Shown piece after piece: positions 8,236-17,282 of a DNA stretch of 29,770 nt (within the stretch, counting starts at the first letter, position 1; each line of letters opens with the position of its first letter). Under the pieces are notes generated by a model. The model did no database searches. It was given only the letters and a program-made list of their open reading frames with translations, and was not told the DNA's origin. The DNA is from Fastidiosibacter lacustris. Its GTDB lineage: Bacteria > Pseudomonadota > Gammaproteobacteria > Francisellales > Francisellaceae. Location: contig NZ_QLIR01000021.1 of assembly GCF_003428155.1 (NCBI RefSeq), forward strand, positions 1 through 29,770, given 5' to 3'. The position numbers were made by a program, and so were the translations under genes.

Positions 8236-9639
8236 TTATGAATAATTTCGAGTAAGAACATAAGGAAAAGCAAGTGCAATCACTATTCCTGTAACAAGTA
8301 ATAAATCAAAGTTAAAGGTGGACATCGTTACATCTGAGGTTGGAATAAATCCTACTATAATTGCAACCAAGCAGCTAATAAATCCTAATGATGACATTAC
8401 AATGGTTCCTTTGACACCGCCATAAATTTGATATTGCCCAAGTTTGATTGGATTAGTGACCCTTAATTTAATTGCCGCAGCAAACATACCGATATAACCT
8501 AATACAGCAAGTTGTGCCGTCAGTGCACTTAAAAACCAATAAGCTGAATTGACCGATGGCATAAGAAGATAACTCAAACAAAATATAGAGAATATCAGAG
8601 CTTGCAAAATAAGCACTTTACTGGGTGCGTTATAAGTATTAGTTTGTGCAAGCCTTTTTGAAATAAGTCCATCTTCTGCTGCTATGGTAAAAGCTCGTGA
8701 TAAACCCATAATCCAAGCTGAAACAGTAGTAAATGCTCCTAATACCAAGGTTAATGCGATGATACTAGACATCCACGGCATATTGAATTTAGCAAAAAAA
8801 TAGCTAAATGATGCCATAAGTCCTGTCACGATATCTACATGCCCAGTGTTATTGCTATTGACTGTAAAGATTGCAACGTTAGACAAAACTAGAGATAGTA
8901 AAATCACTACGCTAGAAATTAATAGTGCTTTGGGAAAGTTTTTTTGTGGATTGTTGACATTACCTGCATGAATAGAACTCATCTCTAGACCAAATAAACT
9001 AAACATTACGGTTAAAAACAGACCCCAACTGTTAATATTGGCAAAGCTTGGTAGTACATCTGAAATAGCCGATGGCTTCAACATGGGTTGACCAGACAAT
9101 ATCCAAAAAAGTGCTAAGCCAATAATGAGTAGCATCGGCATTAAGGTACCAACAATCGCGCCAATGACACTGATTGTGCTTGAGGTTTTTATTCCAAATA
9201 GATTAACAATCGTAGCTAACCAAAACATGCACAGACTCATGCTGATTATATACCAAGGATTACTGACCAAAAAATCTGGATTCATGCCAAACCAAGGTGC
9301 AATAATATAAGCAATGATTCCTGCAAAAAATCCACAGATAGATGGGAACCATACCAAATTATAAATCCATTGCAGCCACAACACGACAAATCCTATTTTG
9401 GCACCAAAGGCTTCTTTTGTCCAAAGGTAGATTCCACCATTTTTCGAATATCCTGTTGCCATTTGTGCAGTTAATAATGCACATGGAATTAAAAATACAA
9501 TAGCGGCAAAAATGTAAAAACTCACCACAACCCACCCAGCTTGTGCTGTAATAGAGATATTACGCAGGCTATCCACGGCAATGATATTGATCATGACTAA
9601 GCGTAGCAAGGTTAAGGATTGAGTTGATGAAATTTGCAT
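8236..9639 (-). CDS. APC-superfamily amino-acid permease (GadC/YjeM-like), about 12 TM
   Basis: 467-aa highly hydrophobic ORF. The N-terminus LTLLRLVMINIIAVDSLRNI and GGIYLWTKEAFGAKIGF are typical of glutamate:GABA-antiporter-like APC transporters. Confidence 0.75.
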   Translation of the reverse strand: MQISSTQSLTLLRLVMINIIAVDSLRNISITAQAGWVVVSFYIFAAIVFLIPCALLTAQMATGYSKNGGIYLWTKEAFGAKIGFVVLWLQWIYNLVWFPSICGFFAGIIAYIIAPWFGMNPDFLVSNPWYIISMSLCMFWLATIVNLFGIKTSSTISVIGAIVGTLMPMLLIIGLALFWILSGQPMLKPSAISDVLPSFANINSWGLFLTVMFSLFGLEMSSIHAGNVNNPQKNFPKALLISSVVILLSLVLSNVAIFTVNSNNTGHVDIVTGLMASFSYFFAKFNMPWMSSIIALTLVLGAFTTVSAWIMGLSRAFTIAAEDGLISKRLAQTNTYNAPSKVLILQALIFSIFCLSYLLMPSVNSAYWFLSALTAQLAVLGYIGMFAAAIKLRVTNPIKLGQYQIYGGVKGTIVMSSLGFISCLVAIIVGFIPTSDVTMSTFNFDLLLVTGIVIALAFPYVLTRNYS

Positions 9640-10082
9640 AATTTGTCTGATGGTTGCTTTTTAACGACAATTAGTATATACCCATCACAAACCATTTTAC
9701 AGCCTTTCTCGCTTTGCATTTGTGCTTTAAATTTTACTTATTGCGTGCTTTAACTTTATATGTTTCGAACTGTTCCTTTAGAGTTGCTAACTGTGCTTAT
9801 GTACATTTAGTGATATAGAACTAGATGAAATATACGTTACATTTGTTTCAATATAATCTGAGAGTATTTTTGTATTCTCCTAAGCAATATGCGCAATACT
9901 AAAGCTCGCCTGGCAATAATCACAGGGCTTAGTATGTTTGTGCTGTCACTTACCTTTCCTTGCTGCTTATATTTGGCATACTTACCACAGAAGCACAACT
10001 TTTATATTTTTTGTCTAGACATCTGGAATACATCGATGTATCGTTACAAGACTACATTGATAATCGTAGCTTGAACTTAAAA

Positions 10083-10349
10083 ATGGAAAAAAATTGGCAA
10101 AGCTTAATTAGAGTAATAAGAATTCTGAAATCTGATAATGAACTTAGTTTATTATTGGATTTTCTTTTTACGTTGGAAGAAAAACGTCAACTCAGTAATC
10201 GTTATGCCCTTGCCCAACAAATGGTCTTAGCACAAAAGTCACAACGTGAAATCGCTAAAGATCTGGGTGTTAGTATCAGCACAGTAACGCGTTGCTCTAA
10301 TGCACTAAAGTTATTACCTGATGAGATAAAACAAAAATTCAAACTATAA
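10083..10349 (+). CDS. trpR: Trp-repressor family HTH regulator (88 aa)
   Basis: Colinear with E. coli TrpR: LLDFLFTLEEKRQLSNRYALAQQMV..SQREIAKDLGVSISTVTRCSNALKLLPDEIKQ versus [57 protein letters not shown]. I place the start at the internal ATG 10083 of ORF 9960-10349; the upstream part has no homology. It could equally be a YerC/YecD-type paralogue. Confidence 0.6.
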   Translation: MEKNWQSLIRVIRILKSDNELSLLLDFLFTLEEKRQLSNRYALAQQMVLAQKSQREIAKDLGVSISTVTRCSNALKLLPDEIKQKFKL

Positions 10350-10370
10350 AAAACAAGAAGGAGTTTTAAT

Positions 10371-10868
10371 ATGGCTATTTCAGCGCTAACAAAAGTACAT
10401 CAAAACCAAGTTCAACAACTTTTTAATGATGTAAATTTTTTTAGCACTGAATGGTTTTTTAGTTCCAAGCAACTGTTTTTTGGATTTTTTAGTAACGAAC
10501 AACTCATTGGTGTTATCGGTGCTGAATTGCAACATAATATAGCCATGCTTAAAGCCTTAGTTATTACCAAAGAGCATCGCAATCAGGGCATTGCAAAGTA
10601 TTTACTTAATTATCTTGAAAATAAATTGATCGACGTAGGCATCAAAGAGCTGATTGCCTTGACGCGCTATGGTGCAAACTACCTTGAGTGCTCAGGCTTT
10701 AATCAAACTATTGTTGAAAAATTACCAAGCAAAATTGATACGTATTTGCAACTAAACTATCATTCAGATTTGATCATCATGAGGAAAAAATTGTTACAGT
10801 CAAAAAAGCATCTAACGCACCAAGATTCTCCTTGCTTCCTTCAACACACAATCTATCTTGCTGCGTAG
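10371..10868 (+). CDS. GNAT-family N-acetyltransferase (165 aa), co-operonic with the trpR-like gene
   Basis: AAGGAG sits 8 nt upstream of the ATG, with a 21-nt gap after trpR. The GNAT motif A-like sequence is LVITKEHRNQGIAKYLLNYLE. Confidence 0.65.
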   Translation: MAISALTKVHQNQVQQLFNDVNFFSTEWFFSSKQLFFGFFSNEQLIGVIGAELQHNIAMLKALVITKEHRNQGIAKYLLNYLENKLIDVGIKELIALTRYGANYLECSGFNQTIVEKLPSKIDTYLQLNYHSDLIIMRKKLLQSKKHLTHQDSPCFLQHTIYLAA

Positions 10869-10982
10869 GTCAATAACAAACTTTTTGAATTGAGCTTTTA
10901 TCTAAATTGAGTTGAATTTAAATAAAAAGGAAATGAATTTCGGAGATACACGTTATCAAATGAATGAGATAAAAAAGTAGCG

Positions 10983-12086
10983 TCAAATAAGTTTTTTAAC
11001 TTCATCAACCAATTTTTCCACTGCATCGAGTTTCGCTACACCCTTGGCGTGACTAGACATATTTTCCAATTTAGAGCGATTTATGTCCATTGCACGAATA
11101 AAAGCCGCGAGCTTTTGTGCATTAAAATGCTCCTCACGCATGCAAATAGCAGCCTCCGCTTGCACTAGGAATTGTGCATTATGATATTGATGATCATCAA
11201 CAGCTTCTGCAAAAGGTACAAAAAAAGCAGGGACGCCTACACTTGCAATTTCCGACACCGTTAATGCTCCAGCACGACATACAATAATATCTGCCCATTG
11301 ATAAGCTTGCGCCATATCGTTAATAAAAGGTTCTACTTTGAGCTCACATTTATAATCGATATTAAGTGCTTGATAAGTACTCATCGTCTCAGCAAAACCT
11401 TTTTCTCCTGTCTGATGCCAAATGTTAACACAGGCTTCACGTGGCAAAGCTTTAATAAATTTAGGCACCACATCATTGAGTACTTTAGCACCTTGACTAC
11501 CGCCTAAGACAAGAACGTTCAGAATATGTTTATAAAAGTCACGTGACTGATTATGCAAATTACGTATTTCACTGCGTATTGGATTGCCGATAACCTCAAC
11601 AATTGACTTTGTTTTAAAACCGCTAGTAGGAAATGCACACAACACTTTTTTAGCAAATTTTGCCAACATCTTGTTGGTCATACCAGGATTGGCGTTTTGT
11701 TCATGAATAATCAATGGAATATTAAGTAGTTTTGCCGCAATCCCACCAGGTCCAGAAGCATAACCACCAAAGCCTAAGACACAATTTGTCTTGCGCCTTC
11801 TTAGAATTATCATTGCACGTAATACAGCTAAGGATAATTGAAAAGAAAACAATAATTTTTTCTTTAGACCTTTGTTGCGTACTCCACCAATTTTTAAAAA
11901 ATCTAGTGGATATTGGTTGGCAACTATTTTTTTTTCTAAACCATATTGGGTCCCAAACCAGAAAATATTGGCGCCTTGTTCTGACAAATGCTTTGCCACT
12001 GCAAGTGCTGGAAAAATATGTCCTCCAGTTCCCCCTGCCATCACCACGATATTCTTACCACTTACGACATCTGTTTGCTGCTGCAT
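10983..12086 (-). CDS. murG: UDP-N-acetylglucosamine--N-acetylmuramyl-(pentapeptide) pyrophosphoryl-undecaprenol GlcNAc transferase
   Basis: MAGGTGGHIFPALAVA, GFGGYASGPGG, IHEQNA, LGGSQGA and CRAGALTVSEI are all canonical MurG motifs. Confidence 0.9.
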   Translation of the reverse strand: MQQQTDVVSGKNIVVMAGGTGGHIFPALAVAKHLSEQGANIFWFGTQYGLEKKIVANQYPLDFLKIGGVRNKGLKKKLLFSFQLSLAVLRAMIILRRRKTNCVLGFGGYASGPGGIAAKLLNIPLIIHEQNANPGMTNKMLAKFAKKVLCAFPTSGFKTKSIVEVIGNPIRSEIRNLHNQSRDFYKHILNVLVLGGSQGAKVLNDVVPKFIKALPREACVNIWHQTGEKGFAETMSTYQALNIDYKCELKVEPFINDMAQAYQWADIIVCRAGALTVSEIASVGVPAFFVPFAEAVDDHQYHNAQFLVQAEAAICMREEHFNAQKLAAFIRAMDINRSKLENMSSHAKGVAKLDAVEKLVDEVKKLI

Positions 12087-12337
12087 CCACTTAAACCCTG
12101 CTTTATAAAAAATAGCTATGAAAATAATTGCTCTTTACTCTTTGTTTCAATCAAAGAATACTACAGTTTGTGTAGCCAAGTATAAATAGTTGATCCTTAT
12201 TGTACCTGATAGCTTTCAAGGCACCAATGATTTCTTAGCTATCGCAAAATAACTTTACTGCTATTTTGGCTAAATCTTTAATGGCATTACATGACTCAAA
12301 AGGTTAAGATTTTTTGTAAAAAGTACGGAGTATTTAG

Positions 12338-13615
12338 ATGAATATATTAGTAGTTGGGAACGGTGGTCGTGAACATGCACTTGCTTGGAAATTGGCTCAA
12401 TCTCCTCATGCAACCCACGTTTATGTTGCTCCTGGTAATGCTGGGACTGAAAAAGAAGAAAAAGTAAGCAATATCAATATCGCTGCAACCGATATTCTAC
12501 ACTTGATTAATTTTGCTAAAGACAATGAAATTGAACTCACAGTTGTGGGTCCTGAAGTACCTTTGAGTCTTGGTATTGTAGATCAATTTGAAGCACATGG
12601 CTTAAATTGTCTAGGTCCTAAACAGCAATGTGCACAACTTGAATCTTCGAAGGTTTTTAGTAAAAACTTCATGGCAAAATATAATATTCCTACTGCGCGG
12701 TACCAAAATTTCAAGGATAGCCAAAAAGCTAAAGCTTATGTTGATGAAATGGATTCTCCGATTGTTATTAAAGCTAGTGGACTTGCTGCTGGCAAGGGTG
12801 TAATCATTGCGCAAACCAAAGAACAAGCGTATCACACGATAGAAGACATGCTTGAGGGTAATAAATTTGGAGATGCAGGTTGTGAGATTGTCATTGAGGA
12901 GTTTTTAGACGGTGAAGAAGCAAGTTTCATCGTATTATGTGATGGTACCCATGCACTTGCGATGGCTAGTTCACAAGATCATAAAGCACGCGATAATGGT
13001 GATCAAGGTCCTAATACAGGCGGGATGGGTGCCTACTCACCCGCTCCGATTGTAACACGCGATGTTCACGACAAAGTAATGCACACCATTATCCAACCTG
13101 TACTAGATGGTATGAAAAATGAAGGGGAAGTATATAAAGGTTTCTTGTATGCAGGTCTTATGATTATGCCAAATGGTGAAATCAAGACACTTGAGTATAA
13201 CTGTCGTTTTGGTGATCCTGAGACCCAACCTATCATGATGCGTTTGGAGTCAGACTTGGTTGAACTTGCTTTTGCAGCGCTCAATGAAGAATTAGATGGC
13301 TATGAGGTCAGTTGGAGCAATAAAACTGCGCTAGGGGTTGTGATGGCAGCAGGTGGCTATCCTGATCAGTGCAAAACCGGTGACATTATCACAGGACTTG
13401 ACCAAGATGATGGTGTTAATACCAAAATTTTTCACGCCAGCACTAAACGTCAAGATTGCAGTATCTTCACCAATGGTGGTCGTGTTTTATGTGTCGTTGC
13501 GCTGGGTGAACATGTTGAAGATGCCTATCACAATGCTTATGATCTTGTTAATAAAATTACTTGGAACAATGAGTATCATCGTACCGATATTGGTAAAAGA
13601 GCTTTTGTTAAGTAA
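12338..13615 (+). CDS. purD: Phosphoribosylamine--glycine ligase (GAR synthetase)
   Basis: MNILVVGNGGREHALAWKL, VVGPEVPL, IKASGLAAGKGV, GPNTGGMGAYSP and EYNCRFGDPETQ are diagnostic PurD motifs. Confidence 0.92.
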   Translation: MNILVVGNGGREHALAWKLAQSPHATHVYVAPGNAGTEKEEKVSNINIAATDILHLINFAKDNEIELTVVGPEVPLSLGIVDQFEAHGLNCLGPKQQCAQLESSKVFSKNFMAKYNIPTARYQNFKDSQKAKAYVDEMDSPIVIKASGLAAGKGVIIAQTKEQAYHTIEDMLEGNKFGDAGCEIVIEEFLDGEEASFIVLCDGTHALAMASSQDHKARDNGDQGPNTGGMGAYSPAPIVTRDVHDKVMHTIIQPVLDGMKNEGEVYKGFLYAGLMIMPNGEIKTLEYNCRFGDPETQPIMMRLESDLVELAFAALNEELDGYEVSWSNKTALGVVMAAGGYPDQCKTGDIITGLDQDDGVNTKIFHASTKRQDCSIFTNGGRVLCVVALGEHVEDAYHNAYDLVNKITWNNEYHRTDIGKRAFVK

Positions 13616-13739
13616 TGTCAATTTATATACCGATTACATATGACTAAAATTTAATTAATCTAAAAAATATGGTTGTATTGATCAGCAAGATTCAGTTACG
13701 ATTGTTTTACAATGTTTGACTAAATGGAGGCAATACAAC

Positions 13740-13919
13740 ATGGAGCTCAATGAAAACAATAAAAATAAAAGCCAACTCAATGAGTTTAATGTGCTAATGC
13801 AAGAAGCAGAATCAATGCTCAGAATGGGCGTACCAGTTTCAGTCGTTGCGAAAACATTGGGTATTTCTATAAATAAGATTAGACACTTAAGAAACGAGCG
13901 TAGCAATAATAATGAATAA
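13740..13919 (+). CDS. Small hypothetical HTH-like protein (59 aa)
   Basis: GGAGG lies 9 nt upstream of ATG 13740, which is in frame within ORF 13716-13919. The C-terminal half VSVVAKTLGISINKIRHLR looks like a helix-turn-helix. Coding status is unproven. Confidence 0.35.
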   Translation: MELNENNKNKSQLNEFNVLMQEAESMLRMGVPVSVVAKTLGISINKIRHLRNERSNNNE

Positions 13920-13926
13920 CGCTAGA

Positions 13927-15342
13927 TTAGCTCAGTTTCTTAAGCAATATTTCGTTAACTTGCTTGGGATTGGCTTGTCCTTTACTACCTTTCATGATTT
14001 GACCGACAAAAAAACTTAAAAGTTTACTGTTGCCTGCTTGATAGTCCGCAACTTGTTTAGGGTTGTTAGCAATAATTTCATCAACTAATGCTTCTATTAG
14101 TGAGCTATCATTACTTTGACGAATGCCTAGTTTATCAATAATAGTTTGAATTGCATCTGATCTTTCATAATAGCTTTGCAAAACAGCTTTAGCAGATTTA
14201 AGCGATATTTCATCTTTATCAACACATTGAATGATTTCAAACAACGTATTAACTGAGATTTTATGCGTATCAAAAGTGCTTTGTGCACGATTAAATAGAG
14301 CTTGTAATTCGATCCCAACCCAATTATAAGCAACTCTTGGTGTGGTTTTTGTGACAAGCGCATCATAGTAATTGGCAATGTCAGGATTATCCATTAAGAA
14401 ATTAACTTCATCTTCATTTAAATCTTTTTGATATTGGATACGGCGCAACCTAGGTAACAATGGCATCTGTGCTTTAATTAAATCGATATCCTGTTGGGTA
14501 ATCAATATAGGCAGTAAATCTGGATCTGGGAAGTAACGATAATCAAAAGCATTTTCCTTATTACGCATACTGCGTGTTTCATTTCTATCTGGATCATATA
14601 AACGCGTTTCTTGAATAACTTTTTGACCTTGTTCAAGCATTTTTATTTGACGCTTATATTCATAAGCAATAGCACTTTCAATAAAGCGAAAAGAATTGAT
14701 ATTTTTAAGCTCTACTCTTGTGCCAAAAGGCTCTTTTTGTTTATGCACAGATAGGTTCACATCACATCTAAATGAGCCTTCTTGCATATTACCATCACAA
14801 ATACCTAAGTGTTGAACAAGTTGATGCAAGTCCTTAAGATAACAAATGACTTCTGTGCTGCTGCTAAAGTCAGGATGGGTTACGATTTCTAATAATGGTG
14901 TCCCAGCGCGATTGTAATCTAATCCTGTTTGATCACCAATGAAATCATGTATTGATTTACCTGCATCTTCTTCTAAATGTGCACGCTCAATTCGAATGAG
15001 TTTACTTCCATTGGAAGTTGTTATTTCTAATATACCATTTTGGACAATCGGATTACTAGATTGACTAATCTGATAACCTTTAGCTAGGTCAGGATAAAAA
15101 TAATTTTTTCGAGCAAAAAAACTATTTTTAGAAATTTTTGCATCGGTCGCAAGTCCAAACATTATTGCCATTTCAATTGTCTTTTTATTGACTACAGGTA
15201 AAGTACCAGGTAAAGCAATGTCAACGAAACTAACTTGTGTATTAGGTTTTTGTCCGTATAAAGTTGCGGCATTAGAAAAAATCTTGGATACTGTTTTAAG
15301 TTGAACGTGCACTTCAAGCCCAATCACCATTTGATAACTCAT
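13927..15342 (-). CDS. gatB: Asp/Glu-tRNA(Asn/Gln) amidotransferase subunit B
   Basis: VIGLEVHVQL, NRAGTPLLEIV, RCDVNLS and the YqeY-like tail are present. I prefer ATG 15342 (ATGA overlap with the gatA stop; AAGGAG 7 nt upstream) over the ORF-track start at 15348. Confidence 0.9.
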   Translation of the reverse strand: MSYQMVIGLEVHVQLKTVSKIFSNAATLYGQKPNTQVSFVDIALPGTLPVVNKKTIEMAIMFGLATDAKISKNSFFARKNYFYPDLAKGYQISQSSNPIVQNGILEITTSNGSKLIRIERAHLEEDAGKSIHDFIGDQTGLDYNRAGTPLLEIVTHPDFSSSTEVICYLKDLHQLVQHLGICDGNMQEGSFRCDVNLSVHKQKEPFGTRVELKNINSFRFIESAIAYEYKRQIKMLEQGQKVIQETRLYDPDRNETRSMRNKENAFDYRYFPDPDLLPILITQQDIDLIKAQMPLLPRLRRIQYQKDLNEDEVNFLMDNPDIANYYDALVTKTTPRVAYNWVGIELQALFNRAQSTFDTHKISVNTLFEIIQCVDKDEISLKSAKAVLQSYYERSDAIQTIIDKLGIRQSNDSSLIEALVDEIIANNPKQVADYQAGNSKLLSFFVGQIMKGSKGQANPKQVNEILLKKLS

Positions 15343-16790
15343 GCACATACTCCTTGTAAGAGTGGTTGTGGTTGATGAAAATTAGTGACCTGTTGAAAAG
15401 TACTTACTACTTGGAGCAATAAATGATCATTAAAATTATTGGCCATCAGTTGCGCACCAAATGGTAAATTATCTATCTTCCCGATAGGAAAGGATATGGC
15501 AGGCGCGCCAGTTAGGTTAGCAATAAGTGTATACATATCAGAAAGATAAGTGCTAACAGGATCGGTTTGAGTACCAATTTTTGGTGCTGTTGTCGCTGCT
15601 ATTGGCAACAAAATAACGTCGACCTGTTGATAAAGAGCATCAAAGTTGGCTTTAAGTTGACTACGAATTTGTTGTGCTTTGTGGTAATAGGCATCGTATT
15701 GACTTGCTGCTAACACATAGTTACCGATAACAATACGGCGCTTAACTTCTTGACCGAAACCTTCCGTTCTAGTGTTGATATATAGCTCATCCAGAGTATG
15801 CGCCTGTGGACTCCTATAGCCGTAACGTACACCATCAAAACGTGCTAAGTTTGTTGCTGCTTCTGCTGGAGCCAAAATATAGTAGCTTGAAACAGCATGC
15901 TCTAGGTTAGGTAGCTTAATTGACCTAATTTTAGCGCCTAGCGTCTTGTAATCATTGATACAGTTTTGTAAAAGTTGTTGCGCTTGTGGTGAGAGCATGG
16001 AAAGCATAGCTTCATCAATACCAATACGTATGTTGTATATATTTTGATCAATAGTTTGAGTAAAGAAATCAGGAGAGGTTAGAATACTTGTACTATCTTT
16101 ATCGTCTTGCCCAGCCATAGTTTGTAAAAGATAAGCGCAATCTTTGGCAAAATGCGTTAATATTCCCACTTGATCTAAAGAAGAACCGTAAGCAATAAGT
16201 CCAAAACGAGAAAGTGTACCATAGCTTGGCTTCATCCCGGTAATACCACAAAATCCAGCAGGTTGTCTGACTGAACCGCCTGTATCGCTGCCTGTTGCAA
16301 ACGGCGTTAACATTGCAGCAACAGAAGCGGCAGAACCACCAGACGAACCACCTGGTACGCATTCAAGCTGATAGGGGTTTTTTGCCGCTCCAAAATAGCT
16401 ATTTTCATTGCTAGAGCCCATGCCAAACTCATCCATATTAGTTTTGCCAAGCAAGATCATCCCACTTTTTTCCAGTTTATCAACAATGGTTGCATTAAAA
16501 GGAGAATGATAATTGTACAAAATTTTAGATGCACAGGTTGTTGTTAAAATATTGGTACATAGATTATCTTTATGTGCAATTGGAATTCCTGTTAATAAGT
16601 TTTGCTTCCCTTGTGCAATTATATTATCGGCTTTTTGAGCTTGTTTGATGGCATGTTGATAATTAATTGAGGTAAAGGTATTTAGTATTGGATTATATTT
16701 TGTAATAAGGTTTAAATATTTCTGTGTTAGTTCACTTGCACTGATGACTTTGTTGTCTAACCTTTGCCGAAGTTGTTGTAATATGCTCAT
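15339..16790 (-). CDS. gatA: Glutamyl-tRNA(Gln) amidotransferase subunit A
   Basis: Amidase signature GGSSGGSAASVAA...GSDTGGSVRQPA; 483 aa; positioned between gatC and gatB. Confidence 0.92.
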   Translation of the reverse strand: MSILQQLRQRLDNKVISASELTQKYLNLITKYNPILNTFTSINYQHAIKQAQKADNIIAQGKQNLLTGIPIAHKDNLCTNILTTTCASKILYNYHSPFNATIVDKLEKSGMILLGKTNMDEFGMGSSNENSYFGAAKNPYQLECVPGGSSGGSAASVAAMLTPFATGSDTGGSVRQPAGFCGITGMKPSYGTLSRFGLIAYGSSLDQVGILTHFAKDCAYLLQTMAGQDDKDSTSILTSPDFFTQTIDQNIYNIRIGIDEAMLSMLSPQAQQLLQNCINDYKTLGAKIRSIKLPNLEHAVSSYYILAPAEAATNLARFDGVRYGYRSPQAHTLDELYINTRTEGFGQEVKRRIVIGNYVLAASQYDAYYHKAQQIRSQLKANFDALYQQVDVILLPIAATTAPKIGTQTDPVSTYLSDMYTLIANLTGAPAISFPIGKIDNLPFGAQLMANNFNDHLLLQVVSTFQQVTNFHQPQPLLQGVCA

Positions 16791-16804
16791 ATCTTTAACC
16801 TTTT

Positions 16805-17092
16805 TTATTCAATGACTTTTGGAACGATAAAGTGATGTGCTTCGTATTTAGGTGCAATTTCTTTGAAATATGGTTCGCTATGTTGTTCGATTGCATTGTC
16901 TTGACGTGCAATAAAATGACTTGTTAAAGGTGAAATCATTGCTGGAACACCTGTGGTATCAACGTTTTGAATGTTGTCGAACAGCTTAATGATATTATTA
17001 AGGTCCGCTTCAAATTTGCTAAGTTCACTTTCATCTGCATCGAGCTTAGACAAGGCAAGTATATGTTTTAATTGTTGTTGCGAAATCGCCAT
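16805..17092 (-). CDS. gatC: Asp/Glu-tRNA(Asn/Gln) amidotransferase subunit C
   Basis: 95-aa ORF lying 14 nt upstream of gatA. LAKL.....EL..F..DLN.I...F..I..VDT pattern typical of GatC. Confidence 0.85.
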   Translation of the reverse strand: MAISQQQLKHILALSKLDADESELSKFEADLNNIIKLFDNIQNVDTTGVPAMISPLTSHFIARQDNAIEQHSEPYFKEIAPKYEAHHFIVPKVIE

Positions 17093-17282
17093 GACACCTT
17101 TCCAAATCAGTTGAGTAGAAGTAGTTTATAATAACATTGTTGATTACAGCATGGAATGATCGTTATGAGTGAAAATTATTGCATCCAAAGATGTTTCTAT
17201 GTAACTGATTGACAAACCTCAAAAACAAGCGCAATCTTGGTGATCAAATTCCTTATTTTGGTATCAAGCCTGTCCATTTAAA

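Noticed and set aside
9801-9824. Possible TrpR operator (GTACATTTAGTGATATAGAACTAG, containing GAACTAG) between the APC permease and trpR
   Set aside because: Only one half-site resembles the E. coli GTACTAGTTAACTAGTAC operator. It has no dyad symmetry, and it lies about 260 bp from trpR and about 160 bp from the permease start. That is too weak to call without a PWM scan.
9889-10082. ORF 9889-10074 and the N-terminal extension of ORF 9960-10349
   Set aside because: TrpR homology begins only at Met 10083. The upstream residues are hydrophobic junk overlapping another short ORF, and probably form the promoter/leader region.
11298-12185. Four plus-strand ORFs (11298-11507, 11732-12094, 11872-12108, 11988-12185) antisense to murG
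   Set aside because: They are antisense shadows of a strongly supported murG CDS, with no motifs or ribosome-binding sites.
12611-16362. Short ORFs overlapping purD, gatB and gatA (12611-12835, 13066-13284, 13353-13643, 13682-13906, 14127-14378, 16099-16362)
   Set aside because: They overlap well-supported housekeeping CDSs in other frames or on the other strand. No independent evidence supports them.
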